Part shown: piece after piece, positions 63,291 through 64,000 of the stretch
How positions within the stretch are numbered: the stretch's first letter is position 1
How the letters are laid out: each line of letters opens with the position of its first letter
Assembly (NCBI GenBank): GCA_045579585.1
Contig: JAZNMK010000009.1
Coordinates: forward strand, 3,705-67,704
Length of the DNA: 64,000 nt
Origin: Acutalibacteraceae bacterium
GTDB lineage: Bacteria; Bacillota; Clostridia; Oscillospirales; Acutalibacteraceae
Reading direction: 5' to 3'
The notes under the pieces: generated by a model
The model's database searches: none
Told to the model about the DNA's origin: nothing
The model's input: the letters and a program-made list of their open reading frames with translations, nothing else
Position numbers and translations under genes: made by a program

Positions 63291-64000
63291 ATTGTTTCCA
63301 CCAAGCTGTCTTTTTCGACAATCCTTTCTCTGTTGAGTATTATAACTGATACAACTATAAACGAAATTACCATTATACAGAATGTTCTGTAGCCCGAAGC
63401 CCATACCGTAGGTGAAAAGCCCATAAGCATTCTTGATGCCATGCCTGCTGCAAGTACGGTGTATGAGGTGAGAATGAGCGGTCTGCTCTTTATGATTTGC
63501 GCAACCGTGTACAGTACGCATACCAGCACGGCTGCAAAAAGAATATCAAACAAAGGCGAGAAGAGATACATCGCCTTGGTCATACGGAAATTTTTTATGC
63601 TTTCAAACGGCTTTACGATGTTATATACCGCGCAGATTGCCGAGAAAACTATCGGCACAAGTGAGGTAATACGCGCCGAAAGGTGTGCTTTTTTTCTGAA
63701 AGCGACAACGGCAAGAAATACCGTAAATGCAAGGAACACTGCCAGCGGTACTCCCAGCGATATTGTGAGACCGTGCATTGTTGAAGAAAAACCAAGCTCA
63801 ATTTTTTGCAGTATATTGAGCTTGTTGAATCCGGGGAAGTAGCGCGCTGTTTCGCGTATCATACGAGAATTTTCTTGCGAGGTGTTACCGAAATAGGCAT
63901 ACAGCACGCCGAAAATGCTGATTGCAAGCTGGATGAAAGGGTAGATATGGAACCTTTTCTTTACAAAAAGCAGGTAAGCACAGCCTATGAGAAACGATGC
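63287..64000 (-). CDS. polytopic membrane protein, 5' end outside the window
   Basis: The reading frame stays open from 63907 to 64000 (…ASFLIGCAYLLFVKKRFHIYPFIQLAISIFG-VLYAYF…). Several TM helices. Its stop overlaps the ychF start. Confidence 0.55.
   Translation of the reverse strand, partial: ASFLIGCAYLLFVKKRFHIYPFIQLAISIFGVLYAYFGNTSQENSRMIRETARYFPGFNKLNILQKIELGFSSTMHGLTISLGVPLAVFLAFTVFLAVVAFRKKAHLSARITSLVPIVFSAICAVYNIVKPFESIKNFRMTKAMYLFSPLFDILFAAVLVCVLYTVAQIIKSRPLILTSYTVLAAGMASRMLMGFSPTVWASGYRTFCIMVISFIVVSVIILNRERIVEKDSLVETI

Noticed and set aside
62196-63521. 441-aa version of ychF with a 77-aa N-terminal extension
   Set aside because: The extension overlaps the upstream membrane-protein gene and is Cys/His/Arg-rich junk. 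The canonical YchF N-terminus [15 protein letters not shown] begins at 63290.
1-64000. Scan for CRISPR arrays, tRNA/rRNA genes, retron/DGR reverse transcriptases, toxin-antitoxin or known defence-system genes
   Set aside because: No regularly spaced direct repeats, no tRNA-like cloverleaf candidates in the intergenic regions, and no RT, Cas, nuclease-helicase or TA-type ORFs were seen by eye.

Overview
64-kb window from a Firmicutes/Clostridia-type chromosome. Gene content looks Oscillospiraceae/Ruminococcus-like, but that is inference only. Layout, left to right:

- **221-797 (-):** a type-A RNase P RNA (rnpB) with a very large helical expansion.
- **897-4120:** a Ca2+-type P-type ATPase and a TVP38/DedA-like membrane protein.
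- **4300-11852 (+):** the conserved rimP-nusA-ylxR-infB-rbfA-nrnA-truB-ribF operon, with a leader terminator.
- **11892-32676:** a ~21-kb surface-polysaccharide island in two divergent operons. It holds CapD-like dehydratase, GT2/GT4/GT32 transferases, an EpsG-type polymerase, a pyruvyl transferase, a PLC-like/PfkB/Gfo-Idh-MocA trio, queG, an ATP-grasp enzyme and a GH88/105-like protein.
- **32704-34032:** an intact IS3-family element inserted in the apical loop of a bidirectional terminator, with a 3-bp target duplication.
- **34064-35109 (-):** a hypothetical gene and dCMP deaminase.
- **35110-36286:** a 1.2-kb non-coding region containing a consensus promoter and a ~555-nt GC-rich, hairpin-dense leader.
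- **36287-50239 (+):** a single 13,953-nt gene for a 4650-aa secreted protein. It has an N-terminal metallophosphoesterase domain, many FIVAR-like helical modules and Ig/InlB-B-repeat-like C-terminal modules.
- **50310-51971 (+):** a tandem-domain EEP phosphoesterase, followed by maf.
- **52616-54650 (+):** a zur-znuA-znuC unit without a permease gene.
- **54749-64000:** a membrane XRE regulator, an untracked DUF1540 mini-gene, GH20 hexosaminidase, DUF378, mfd, pth, a P-loop kinase, ychF and a partial membrane protein.

No rRNA, tRNA or CRISPR array was seen. The most unusual items are the giant gene with its ornate leader and neighbouring phosphoesterase, the expanded RNase P RNA, and the inositol/phospho-sugar-flavoured enzymes inside the polysaccharide locus. 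All functional calls rest on motif recognition by eye; no database search was possible.
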